From the NCBI GenBank assembly GCA_027020665.1, contig JALUVJ010000039.1, positions 1 to 61,486 of the forward strand: a DNA stretch of 61,486 nucleotides. Reading direction: 5' to 3'. A program made the translations under genes and the position numbers. Below, piece by piece: positions 31,604 through 40,265 of the stretch (position 1 is the first letter of the stretch; every line of letters begins with the position of its first letter). The notes below the pieces were generated by a model, which was not told the origin of the DNA, made no database searches, and saw only the letters and a program-made list of their open reading frames with translations. Source of the stretch: Nitrospira sp. (GTDB taxonomy: Bacteria; Nitrospirota; Nitrospiria; SBBL01; JAADHI01).

Positions 31604-32207
31604 ACGGCATATCAGCACACATTTACGTGAATATTATGAGGCGCAGCAGCCTTCCGCAAAAAGGCTGGCCCACCTTGTTACGATGGTGGAAATCGCCAAA
31701 ATGCAAGCCCCCGGAATACCGGTGATTCCGACGAAAACCCGCACGGATCATGCATCCTCAGGTTTTCGTCCGGTCTTTGTCCTTTTTTTTGCAGTGACTG
31801 CGGCGCTTGCATTTTTCTTTTTCCGGCCTACGCACGATGTGACACAAAGCGTGGCAAAAGAAATTGTGCTTAACCACAACAAGCGGCTTGCCGTGGAGTT
31901 TACGAGTGAAAACTATGCCGAACTGGGTGCAATGATGTCGAAACTCGATTTCAGCTTACTTCGCCCAAAACAAATCGAGACTCAGGGCTTTCGTGTTTTG
32001 GGAGGACGTTACTGCTCCATCCAAGGGAATCTCGCTGCCCAAATTCGCTTAGCGGATGAAACAGGCCGCATCCACACCCTTTATCAAAGCGCATTGACCG
32101 AAGATTTAAAGAAACTTCAAACCGGAGATTTAGAACAAGACGGCTTGAAACTCACACTTTGGCGGGAAGGGGGACTGTTGTTCGGTCTCGCCGGGCCGAT
32201 TAATTAG
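31596..32207 (+). CDS. Putative membrane-spanning anti-sigma factor (non-ZAS)
   Basis: It overlaps the sigma gene by 8 nt and has one TM helix (FRPVFVLFFAVTAALAFFFF) with an extracytoplasmic C-domain of about 130 aa. There is no HxxxCxxC motif. Confidence 0.6.
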   Translation: MAKRHISTHLREYYEAQQPSAKRLAHLVTMVEIAKMQAPGIPVIPTKTRTDHASSGFRPVFVLFFAVTAALAFFFFRPTHDVTQSVAKEIVLNHNKRLAVEFTSENYAELGAMMSKLDFSLLRPKQIETQGFRVLGGRYCSIQGNLAAQIRLADETGRIHTLYQSALTEDLKKLQTGDLEQDGLKLTLWREGGLLFGLAGPIN

Positions 32208-32369
32208 GGCGTGTCGACATTCAACTGGGAGGCCGTTTTTTTGAGAAATTTTTGGTCCTGACAAGGCGGTTTTTCTGCGCAATGCAAGACATTGAAATGA
32301 AAAACCCACGCCGTCAGGGCAAAAAAGAGCCGAAAAGACGCCTTGCATGTTGAATGTCGACACGCCCTA
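32205..32369. mobile_element. 165-bp MITE-like element with perfect 21-bp terminal inverted repeats
   Basis: TAGGGCGTGTCGACATTCAAC (32205-32225) is the exact reverse complement of 32349-32369. It can also be read as a TA duplication flanking 19-bp TIRs. It fills the whole gap between two convergent genes, whose stop codons (TAG) are the outermost 3 nt of each repeat. Confidence 0.6.
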
Positions 32370-33119
32370 GGCAAATGTTTGCAAATCGGGATCGATTTTG
32401 ACCACCGCCTCGGCGGGCAACAGGGCCAGTAAAGCTTGAAGCGCCTGATGCAAGTAGGGTTTTTCTTTGGACTCTAAAGTCAACACGATTTTGTGATCGC
32501 TTTTGTTGAGCTTGGGATAGGAACCCAGTTGCAGCAAAGGGTATTGAAGCAAAATGTCGTGCAAGTGGTCTGCAATCGCACTCTCGCCCAAGGCAACGTA
32601 AAGTTTCACCAGATAAAAAGGGGCTTCCCGAAAACGCTCCTTAATCGCATTGAATTTCCTGACGACCAGTTCCGGAATGCCGGGAAAAATATAGAGCTGT
32701 TTAAAATGCAGCACGGGCACACGCTGCGCCGCCGAAAAAATAAGCTCCGTGCCTTCGGGCACTTCCGTCATTTTTAATTGCGCCGCGTTGAGTCCCGGAC
32801 CGTAGTTTTCCGTCAACTGTTCAAACAAAGCGCTGTGTCTCACCAGTGCTTTGTCCACACCGACAGCAATTCCGGCCATCGTGACATCATCATGTGTCGG
32901 CCCGATGCCGCCGCAACTGAAGATCCAATCATAGCGGTTTAAGTGATCGCGAACCGTTTCAGCGATAATCGCCACTTCATCCGGAATGACTGTGACACGC
33001 TGAACCCCGACGCCGAGCGCCCGAAGTTCACGCGTGAGAAAGGGGGTGTTCACATCGGTTGTTTTTCCCGAAAGGATTTCGTTTCCGACGATAATAATGG
33101 CTGCTTTTTTTTCGGACAC
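32367..33119 (-). CDS. CinA-N-type molybdopterin-binding (MoCF_biosynth) domain protein
   Basis: AAIIIVGNEILSGKTTDVNTPFL...FSCGGIGPTHDDVT. The GTG at 33119 is preferred because the ORF-track start at 33293 would overlap the upstream gene. Confidence 0.75.
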   Translation of the reverse strand: MSEKKAAIIIVGNEILSGKTTDVNTPFLTRELRALGVGVQRVTVIPDEVAIIAETVRDHLNRYDWIFSCGGIGPTHDDVTMAGIAVGVDKALVRHSALFEQLTENYGPGLNAAQLKMTEVPEGTELIFSAAQRVPVLHFKQLYIFPGIPELVVRKFNAIKERFREAPFYLVKLYVALGESAIADHLHDILLQYPLLQLGSYPKLNKSDHKIVLTLESKEKPYLHQALQALLALLPAEAVVKIDPDLQTFA

Positions 33120-33195
33120 CGAAGTTCCCTTGTTTCCAAAAAAGGAATATAACACGATTTTGGGGAACTTGAGAATTCGTTTGCGTGAAAAGTCT

Positions 33196-34014
33196 TTAAG
33201 GAGACATCGCGCAACGAAAACCGAGGTCGGCAAAGGCTTGTTCCGGGGCGATGGATGAACGATAGGCGGTGCGATAGAAAAGGGGCAGGGCATAATGCCC
33301 TACCCTTCCCCCCCCACCACCCCGGAAAACTTTTTGTTTTTCGCCAAAAAGGGCACTTTTGAAGGTGCCGTTCGGATAGGAACGGTACCAATCATTGGTC
33401 CATTCCCAGACATTGCCCGCCATGTCCATCACGCCGTAGGGACTCATGCCTTCTTTAAAGCTGCCCACAGGCGCGATTTCTTCGGAATGCGGATGATCGG
33501 CATTTTTTTTAATTTTTTCAAAGTCATTTCCCCAGGGGAATTCGCGCCCATCCGTTCCGCGCGCGGCTTTTTCCCATTCCGCCTCACTTGGAAGTCGCTT
33601 GCCTTTCCAGCGGCAGTAGCGTTCCGCTTCATACCAATTGACCTGAGAAATGGGGAAACGTTCCTGTCCGGCGGGAATATTGCGATCCTCAAAATACGGC
33701 GGCGGACGCCATCCCGTGGCATCGATAAAGGCTTTATATTCCGCATTCGTGACTTCGTATCGGTCGATATAAAAAAGCGGGAGAGAGATCTCGTGTTGGG
33801 GATATTCATCTTTGTACCAGGGTTTTTTACTGCCCAGCTCGCCGGCCTGCTGAAATTCATCCACACGGTTGCTGCCTCGAATAAACTTGCCCGCAGGCAC
33901 CGGAACCATGCCGCGCGGCACCGGGGCCGCAGGCCCCTTCAGCACGCAACCGGACAGACCGACTGAAGTCAGAAAACAAGGCAGGACAAAAAAGAGAGAC
34001 CATGTATGCACCAT
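33196..34014 (-). CDS. FGE-sulfatase-fold lipoprotein, paralogue 1
   Basis: Lipobox LSGC; MVPVPAGKFIRGS; NVWEWTNDWY; RGGGGG...ADLGFRCAMSP. The start is uncertain (34014, 34035 or 34077). Confidence 0.8.
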   Translation of the reverse strand: MVHTWSLFFVLPCFLTSVGLSGCVLKGPAAPVPRGMVPVPAGKFIRGSNRVDEFQQAGELGSKKPWYKDEYPQHEISLPLFYIDRYEVTNAEYKAFIDATGWRPPPYFEDRNIPAGQERFPISQVNWYEAERYCRWKGKRLPSEAEWEKAARGTDGREFPWGNDFEKIKKNADHPHSEEIAPVGSFKEGMSPYGVMDMAGNVWEWTNDWYRSYPNGTFKSALFGEKQKVFRGGGGGRVGHYALPLFYRTAYRSSIAPEQAFADLGFRCAMSP

Positions 34015-34125
34015 AAAAATATAGTGCGAAAACATAAAACGACGGTCAAGCATAAAAAACGGTTTAAAGGAATTCAATACAAAAAATATTGAATATACAC
34101 AGAGAAATCTGCTTGTAAAGCGGCT

Positions 34126-34941
34126 TTAAGGAGACATCGCACAGCGAAAACCGAGGTCGGCATAGGCTTCTTCAGGCACAAGCGAGGATCGGTAGGCGGC
34201 CCGGTAAAAAAGCGGCAGTGAATAATGTCCGATACCGCCCCATCCCCCGCCGCGGAAGACCTTTTGTTTCTCGCCGAAAAGATCGGTTTGATAATCGCCG
34301 CCGGGGTAGGCCTGATACCAATCGGCCGTCCATTCCCACACATTACCCGAAAGATCAAAGGCCCCGTAGGGGCTTTCGCCTTCAGGAAATGAACCGACCT
34401 GCACGATGTCGCCAAAACCCGAATCCCCGGCATTCAATTTTTTATTGTCGTAATCATTCCCCCAGGGGAATTCCCGGCCGTCAGGACCGCGTGCGGCCTT
34501 TTCCCATTCGGCTTCGGTCGGAAGCCGCTTGCCTCGCCATTCGCAATAACGCTGCGCATCGTACCAGTTGACATCTGTCACGGGGAAATGGTCCCGGCCC
34601 GTTGGAATCCCCTGGCCGAAAAAATAAACAGGGGGGCGGGAACGGGTCTCGTCGATAAATTGTTTGTATTCGGAATTGGTGACTTCAAAGCGGTCGATAT
34701 AAAAAAGCGGCAGGTAATGCTCATGCTGCGGATGTTCATCCAGGTACCAGGGTTTCAGCGTGCCGAGTTCATTGCCCTGCCGGTGTTCATCCACTTTGTC
34801 GCTGCCCCGAATGAATTTTCCCGCAGGCACGGCCACCATGCCGAGCGGTGGGGGCTCAACCGGCACTTTTAGAAAACAACTGGAGAATAAAAGCCCGGAG
34901 AAAAACAAAAGACCAAATAAAAAAGCCAATCGCTTCAACAT
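34126..34941 (-). CDS. FGE-sulfatase-fold lipoprotein, paralogue 2
   Basis: MLKRLAFLFGLLFFSGLLFSSC has lipobox FSSC. It shares the same domain and is about two-thirds identical to paralogue 1 by eye, with an identical C-terminal ADLGFRCAMSP. Confidence 0.8.
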   Translation of the reverse strand: MLKRLAFLFGLLFFSGLLFSSCFLKVPVEPPPLGMVAVPAGKFIRGSDKVDEHRQGNELGTLKPWYLDEHPQHEHYLPLFYIDRFEVTNSEYKQFIDETRSRPPVYFFGQGIPTGRDHFPVTDVNWYDAQRYCEWRGKRLPTEAEWEKAARGPDGREFPWGNDYDNKKLNAGDSGFGDIVQVGSFPEGESPYGAFDLSGNVWEWTADWYQAYPGGDYQTDLFGEKQKVFRGGGWGGIGHYSLPLFYRAAYRSSLVPEEAYADLGFRCAMSP

Positions 34942-35013
34942 AATCCGAACATCATAATCACTCGACAAGAAAGGGTCAACCGGATAGCGTCCCTATACTG
35001 CTGTAAATTTTAA

Positions 35014-35037
35014 GGAGCCATCGGGCTTCCCGGCTCC
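35014..35037 (-). terminator. Terminator-like hairpin downstream of the diguanylate cyclase gene
   Basis: On the minus strand this reads GGAGCC-GGGAAGCCCGAT-GGCTCC followed by UUAAAAUUU. Confidence 0.4.
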
Positions 35038-35068
35038 GTAAAATTAGGTTTTCGGATCGGTCGCCCCC

Positions 35069-36361
35069 TCATAACCCTTCATCTTCTTGAGACAGCACGA
35101 CAAGGTTTCTCCCGCTTGCCTTAGCTTCATACACCGCCTTATCCGCCATCACAAAAACCTCTTCGAAGCTCGATAAGCCGCCCATCGGGAGTTGACTCAC
35201 ACCGAAGCTTCCCGTGATTTGAATGGCATTGGGTTTCAGGGCCTCGATTTTTTTTCTGAGTATCTCCGCTTTTTTTGCCGCGTCTTCCCCGGTACAGTGC
35301 GGCAAAATCAAAAGAAACTCCTCTCCACCAAAACGTGCGGCAATATCTTCCTGGCGACAGCTTTTTTTTAGCAGTGTCGCAACCTGAGTCAAGACCAGGT
35401 CTCCCGTATTATGCCCGTAGGTATCATTGATGTGCTTAAAATTATCCAAGTCGATGACAATGACGCTGAGCGGAAAGTGATGCCGACCCGCCTCGCTGAT
35501 ATATCTCGGTGCAATTTCATTGAGGCAATGCCGATTGTAAAGTCCGGTCAGGGAATCCGTCATCGCCATCTCTTTGAGATGCACCTGATGTGTCTCAACC
35601 TGATCAAGCAGCTTCTTGGTCGTAATCAAGTTTCGCACTCGCGCGGCCAGTTCGGCTGAAATCACGGGTTTCGACACGTAGTCGTTTGCGCCGCTGCGTA
35701 AGGTTTCGATTTTTCGGGCCGTATCCTTAAGACTCGAAAGCACAAGGATCGGGATCATTCGTTTATTTTCGGGCCCCCGCCGGACTTCCCGCACGAGTGC
35801 CAATCCACTCATGGGGCCGTCCAACAAAATATCCGTAATGATTAAATCATATTTTAAGGTGTTAAACTTTTGATAGGCTTCCTCACCCCCGCGTACATGC
35901 TCGATCTTAAGTCCCATGTCGGTCAGTTGGTTTTTCAGCAAGCTTGAAAGCGGGACGTTGGCGACAACACAGAGTACTTTTCCGCTTAAACTGCGTGCGG
36001 CGACGTCTTGTTCTTTAAAGGTCGTGAGGTATTTCGTGATGGCGAGCAGATCTTCTTTTCTAAAAATTTCGGTCACACCTGCGGCCATGCCTTCCTCAAA
36101 AATACATTTGTCTTCTTCTGAAGTCATCATAATCACAGGCAGGGTGAGGTTTCCTCTTGAACGCAGGGCGCGGCAAAAATCGATGCCGCTCATGTCTTCC
36201 AGGTGCAGGGCCACACAGACCAGGTCGAAGTCCGTTTCTTTAAGGCCAGCCAAGCCTTCTTTTCCTGAGGAAAGCATCAAAATCTCACAAGAACGGTCTT
36301 TGAATAAGGATTCCAGCAGGAGTTTGTATGTCAGGGTGGGTTCAACGACAAGCGCTTTCAT
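35069..36361 (-). CDS. Response regulator with two receiver domains and a GGDEF diguanylate cyclase output
   Basis: REC1 covers residues 1-120 and REC2 has YDLIITDILLDGPMSG. The GGDEF domain has YNRHCL, the active site RFGGEEF, and an upstream RxxD-type region. Confidence 0.9.
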   Translation of the reverse strand: MKALVVEPTLTYKLLLESLFKDRSCEILMLSSGKEGLAGLKETDFDLVCVALHLEDMSGIDFCRALRSRGNLTLPVIMMTSEEDKCIFEEGMAAGVTEIFRKEDLLAITKYLTTFKEQDVAARSLSGKVLCVVANVPLSSLLKNQLTDMGLKIEHVRGGEEAYQKFNTLKYDLIITDILLDGPMSGLALVREVRRGPENKRMIPILVLSSLKDTARKIETLRSGANDYVSKPVISAELAARVRNLITTKKLLDQVETHQVHLKEMAMTDSLTGLYNRHCLNEIAPRYISEAGRHHFPLSVIVIDLDNFKHINDTYGHNTGDLVLTQVATLLKKSCRQEDIAARFGGEEFLLILPHCTGEDAAKKAEILRKKIEALKPNAIQITGSFGVSQLPMGGLSSFEEVFVMADKAVYEAKASGRNLVVLSQEDEGL

Positions 36362-36562
36362 CGTTTTGTTTCCGTCGCCGGGGTCTTAGGTTTTGCCTTG
36401 AGAACACCCAAAAAGCAGGTCGCGGCATGACGAAAAAATCAACAAGGCGCCCCTGCATTAAAAAGATCTATTTAAATTAAGGTAGCACAAGTCTTGTCAG
36501 ACCGCCATTACGGGGTCTGTGTTCAACAAATTTAAGAAAACAGATGTCGAAGGAAACTTCGA

Positions 36563-37354
36563 TTAACGGTCGTGACAGACTAGGCAAAGTGTGGCGGAAG
36601 GAACTCTGAGAAAAGGACGCACCGTTTCACTGTGCGGATTGTGGCAACTGTCGCATTCAAGCATGCCGCCGGTGGTGCGTACCAGGGAAGATAAGTGTTC
36701 CGAATTGGGAACCGTTTCTACAGGCAGGTCGAGATACTGTGATGTGCCCGATGTCGGCAAAACCAAACCATCGTCCTGACGGTCCGGAAGCGCCCAATAA
36801 CGCAACTGGGTCACGGTGGGGTTCAAGGGTGTGGATTTGCCGTTCGGTTTTCTGGGGTAGGGGATGGAAATCGGGTGATCCACCCGGCTTAAAGGGGGGG
36901 CGCCGCGTTTTCCGGACATGCCGTTAAAAGGCACATCCGCGGCTGCACCGATACGCGGATTACCGACATTGATGCCGTGCATGTCCGTGCCGAGTGCGCC
37001 GTCATGACAGGAGAGGCACACCATTGAAGTCCCGGTGGGGTGATTATAAGGATGTTCACTGCGCGGCAGCGTTTGTATTGCGCGGTAAGGAGAAATCGCA
37101 GAACGATTTTGATCCCAAAGCGGCGGGGGCGTCACCGCTTTTTTTCCTGAAGCCGCTTCTTTTTTGCTCTGCCAGGGAATCGTGTCCGTATGACAGACGG
37201 TGCACGTATTTCCCTCTTTAGCGGTGGGCGCAATGAGATTATGCCCGGTTTGCAAGACCGCTTCCAGGGGCGAGGCGAAGAGTCTTCCCGCTGCGCCGGA
37301 CAACCCGATCAGCATAAAAAAGATCAACCCGGCTTGAAACTTTTGTGTGCTCAT
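36563..37354 (-). CDS. Periplasmic tetrahaem c-type cytochrome (paired-CXXCH type C-terminus)
   Basis: It has a signal peptide and four CXXCH motifs: CTVCH, CLSCH, CDSCH and CLVCH. Its start overlaps the glmM stop (ATGA). Confidence 0.85.
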   Translation of the reverse strand: MSTQKFQAGLIFFMLIGLSGAAGRLFASPLEAVLQTGHNLIAPTAKEGNTCTVCHTDTIPWQSKKEAASGKKAVTPPPLWDQNRSAISPYRAIQTLPRSEHPYNHPTGTSMVCLSCHDGALGTDMHGINVGNPRIGAAADVPFNGMSGKRGAPPLSRVDHPISIPYPRKPNGKSTPLNPTVTQLRYWALPDRQDDGLVLPTSGTSQYLDLPVETVPNSEHLSSLVRTTGGMLECDSCHNPHSETVRPFLRVPSATLCLVCHDR

Positions 37355-38712
37355 TTTTCAGCCCCTATCTTTTTTCGGACCATCTCCGCCAAGGTTTCAG
37401 CCATTTCCGTAATGACTGTGGCATCTTCGCCTTCGATCATAATCCGGAGCAACAACTCCGTGCCCGAATAGCGCACCAATATCCGGCCGGATCCGCCCAG
37501 CTTTTGCTCGCAATCTGAAATTTTTTGCTGAATTTCAGGGATCTCGGCCAGATCCCGCTTCTCCCGCACACACACATTTTTTAAAACTTGCGGCAAAGGG
37601 GTCATGCAGTCGGTAAGTTCAGAAACAGATTTTCCGGTGCGCGCCATCAAGGCAAGAAACTGAAGTGCGGTGATGAGACCGTCTCCAGTCGTATTATAAT
37701 CTAAAAAGATGAGGTGTCCGGATTGCTCCCCGCCGAGATTATAAGCCCCGTTGAGCATACGTTCAATGACATAACGGTCACCCACCTGCGTGCGCAGCAC
37801 GTGGATCCGCTTCGGATTGAGCGCAAGTTCCACCCCCATATTACTCATTAAAGTCGTCACAAGCGTTTCGCCTTTTAAACGCCGGTCTTCCTGCATGGCC
37901 AGCGCAAAGGTAACGAGCAGCGCGTCGCCGTCCACGATTTCCCCTTTTTCATTCACAAAAATCGTCCGGTCGGCGTCTCCGTCGTGCGCGATGCCGACAT
38001 GGGCCTGATGGGCCACCACGGCCTTTTGCAGGGCCTGCGGGTAGGTCGAACCGCAATCGGCATTGATATTGGTCCCGTTGGGCTGATTGTTAATCGGGGT
38101 TACATCCGCCCCCAGTTCCTTCAGTACCGTCGGTGCGACCTTATACGCCGCGCCGTTTGCGCAGTCCACCACCACTTTCAGGCCGACTAAATCGAGACCC
38201 TTGGGCAAAGAGCGTTTCACGAACTCGATATAGCGTCCCTCAACATCATCGAGTCGAAAGACTTTACCGATTTCTTTTGCAGTCGGACGAATGGCGTCAA
38301 TTTCTCCGGAAAAGAGCAAATCTTCGATCTGGTGTTCGACGTGATCCGGCAATTTAAAACCTTCTTTTGAAAAGAATTTAATGCCGTTATCCTGAAAAGA
38401 GTTGTGTGAAGCAGAAATCATGACGGCGGCATCTACACGAAGGGAACGGGCCATAAAGGCAACGGCGGGTGTCGGCAAAGGCCCGACTAAAATCACATCG
38501 ACGCCCAAGGAGCAAATGCCGGAAGTCAGTGCGGATTCAAGCATGTAGCAGGAAAGACGGGTATCTTTTCCGATAACAATGCGGTGTCGGCCTGCTTTAT
38601 GTTTAAAAATATGGGCGGCGGCGCGGCCCAGTTTCATGGCCGTTTCAACGGTAATCGGTTCGATATTGGCAACGCCCCGAACCCCGTCCGTACCAAACAG
38701 ATTTCGCATCAA
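37351..38712 (-). CDS. glmM: Phosphoglucosamine mutase
   Basis: LFGTDGVRG, the phosphoserine loop [15 protein letters not shown], and GDGDADR. Confidence 0.95.
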   Translation of the reverse strand: MMRNLFGTDGVRGVANIEPITVETAMKLGRAAAHIFKHKAGRHRIVIGKDTRLSCYMLESALTSGICSLGVDVILVGPLPTPAVAFMARSLRVDAAVMISASHNSFQDNGIKFFSKEGFKLPDHVEHQIEDLLFSGEIDAIRPTAKEIGKVFRLDDVEGRYIEFVKRSLPKGLDLVGLKVVVDCANGAAYKVAPTVLKELGADVTPINNQPNGTNINADCGSTYPQALQKAVVAHQAHVGIAHDGDADRTIFVNEKGEIVDGDALLVTFALAMQEDRRLKGETLVTTLMSNMGVELALNPKRIHVLRTQVGDRYVIERMLNGAYNLGGEQSGHLIFLDYNTTGDGLITALQFLALMARTGKSVSELTDCMTPLPQVLKNVCVREKRDLAEIPEIQQKISDCEQKLGGSGRILVRYSGTELLLRIMIEGEDATVITEMAETLAEMVRKKIGAEK

Positions 38713-38730
38713 TGCCCCACAAAAAAATGT

Positions 38731-39573
38731 TTAGTGCCCGTGCGGCTCAGCAGGTGAGCTCACAGTGGCGCGAAGCGCCTTGTCATTGATCGTGATTTTT
38801 GCCTTCTCTTTGAGCAGGTCGATTTCCGAGTTAATCATCATGCCGCGCAAATTCTGAACCTGCGTCGGCGTTAAGGTATCAAATGCCCCCGGATCACGGG
38901 TTTCGACTTTTTGGATGATATGAAAACCAAAGGGGCTTTGCACCGGCCCGCTGATTTCTCCTTCTTTGAGCGCAAAGGCAACCTTTGAAAAAGGCTCCAC
39001 CATGCGGTCTTTGGTAAAAAATCCGAGATCACCGCCTCGTGCTGCGCTGGCCGGGTCAATGGAAACTTCCTTTGCGACAGTCGCAAAATCCGCACCGTCC
39101 GTCAGCTTTTTCTTGACATCCAGTGCTTCTTTTTCCGTCTTCACCAAAACGTGGTTTGCCCGGACTTCCCCGAAATCGGATTGATTTTTTTTGTAGTAGG
39201 CCTTCATTTTGGCATCAGTGATGATATCCCGGTTGATGAGGTTCACCACTTCTCGCACCAAAATGGATTCCAAAAACTCTTTCACCTGATTTTGAATGGC
39301 AGGATCTTTGTCAAGCCCCAAGCGCTGACCTTCCTGATGAAGCACTTCGGTGGCGATGAGCATGTCCAGCAGCTCTTTTTTCATTTCATAAGTCGTAAAA
39401 TCACCTTGCCGTTCATTCGTCAGACGCCGCATCCGTTTTTCAAAAAGCTCTTTTGTAATCGAAACCCCGCCGACATTTGCAAGTTCATCTGCCGGGCCCG
39501 CAAAAAGCAGGTCTCCCCTAGAAAAAAAGAGCGTGGAAACGAGTAACACCACAGCGATTGTTAATTTATACAT
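38731..39573 (-). CDS. Periplasmic parvulin-type peptidyl-prolyl isomerase (SurA/PpiD-like)
   Basis: It has a signal peptide and the PpiC domain ANHVLVKTEKEA...GGDLGFF...FGFHIIQ. Confidence 0.85.
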   Translation of the reverse strand: MYKLTIAVVLLVSTLFFSRGDLLFAGPADELANVGGVSITKELFEKRMRRLTNERQGDFTTYEMKKELLDMLIATEVLHQEGQRLGLDKDPAIQNQVKEFLESILVREVVNLINRDIITDAKMKAYYKKNQSDFGEVRANHVLVKTEKEALDVKKKLTDGADFATVAKEVSIDPASAARGGDLGFFTKDRMVEPFSKVAFALKEGEISGPVQSPFGFHIIQKVETRDPGAFDTLTPTQVQNLRGMMINSEIDLLKEKAKITINDKALRATVSSPAEPHGH

Positions 39574-39718
39574 CTACCACCCTCCAATATTGAACAAATC
39601 AAGCGGTATTCTACCCTCATCCACAATGAAATATCAATGCTTTATCCCGGCATCCTTCGGCAAGGTTCGGGTTAAAACAACAGTTTAAAAAAGGCCTGGT
39701 ATCCCGCCTGAGAAATGC

Positions 39719-39748
39719 TTGACTTCGGGCTGATGCAAACAGTAGGAT
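39719..39748 (+). promoter_or_regulatory. Sigma-70-type promoter candidate for the pgpA-recA block
   Basis: TTGACT (39719-39724), 18 nt, TAGGAT (39743-39748), about 50 nt upstream of the pgpA GTG. Confidence 0.3.
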
Positions 39749-39797
39749 GGGCCCCGCGTTATTCGGGCAATGACGCCATCCCTAAAGAGGCTATTTT

Positions 39798-40265
39798 GTG
39801 AAATGGGCGGTTTGCATTGCAACTTGCGGCGGCATCGGATATTTCCCCCGATTTCCCGGCACGATCGGCAGCATCGCCGGGCTGCTGCTTTTTTTCCCGC
39901 TTCGGCAGATGCCGTTTATCCCTTACATTCTATTTCTCATTGCAGTCTTCACGCTGGGTGTCTGGGCCGCAAATCGGTCCGAAACCTTTTTCAATCGCAA
40001 AGATGCAAGCCACATCGTCATTGATGAAGTCCTGGCCGTCTTCTTGGTCTCCTACTTTCTACCGGCTTCATGGCCTTGGTGGCTTGCAGGGTTGATTGTT
40101 TTTCGCATTTTCGATATCTCAAAACCGCCGCCCATCCGGCGGTTTGAAACACTGTCCGGAGGCTGGGGCGTAATGGTCGATGATGTCGTTGCGGCGCTCT
40201 ACACGCTCGGACTGCTCCATCTGCTCAAGGGGGTCATCGGCGCGGGAGCTGCGGCCGTTGGATGA
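39798..40265 (+). CDS. pgpA: Phosphatidylglycerophosphatase A
   Basis: GTG start with AAAGAGG upstream. GIGYFPRFPGTIGS, FRIFDISKPPP, and GGWGVMVDDVVAALY. Confidence 0.9.
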   Translation: MKWAVCIATCGGIGYFPRFPGTIGSIAGLLLFFPLRQMPFIPYILFLIAVFTLGVWAANRSETFFNRKDASHIVIDEVLAVFLVSYFLPASWPWWLAGLIVFRIFDISKPPPIRRFETLSGGWGVMVDDVVAALYTLGLLHLLKGVIGAGAAAVG

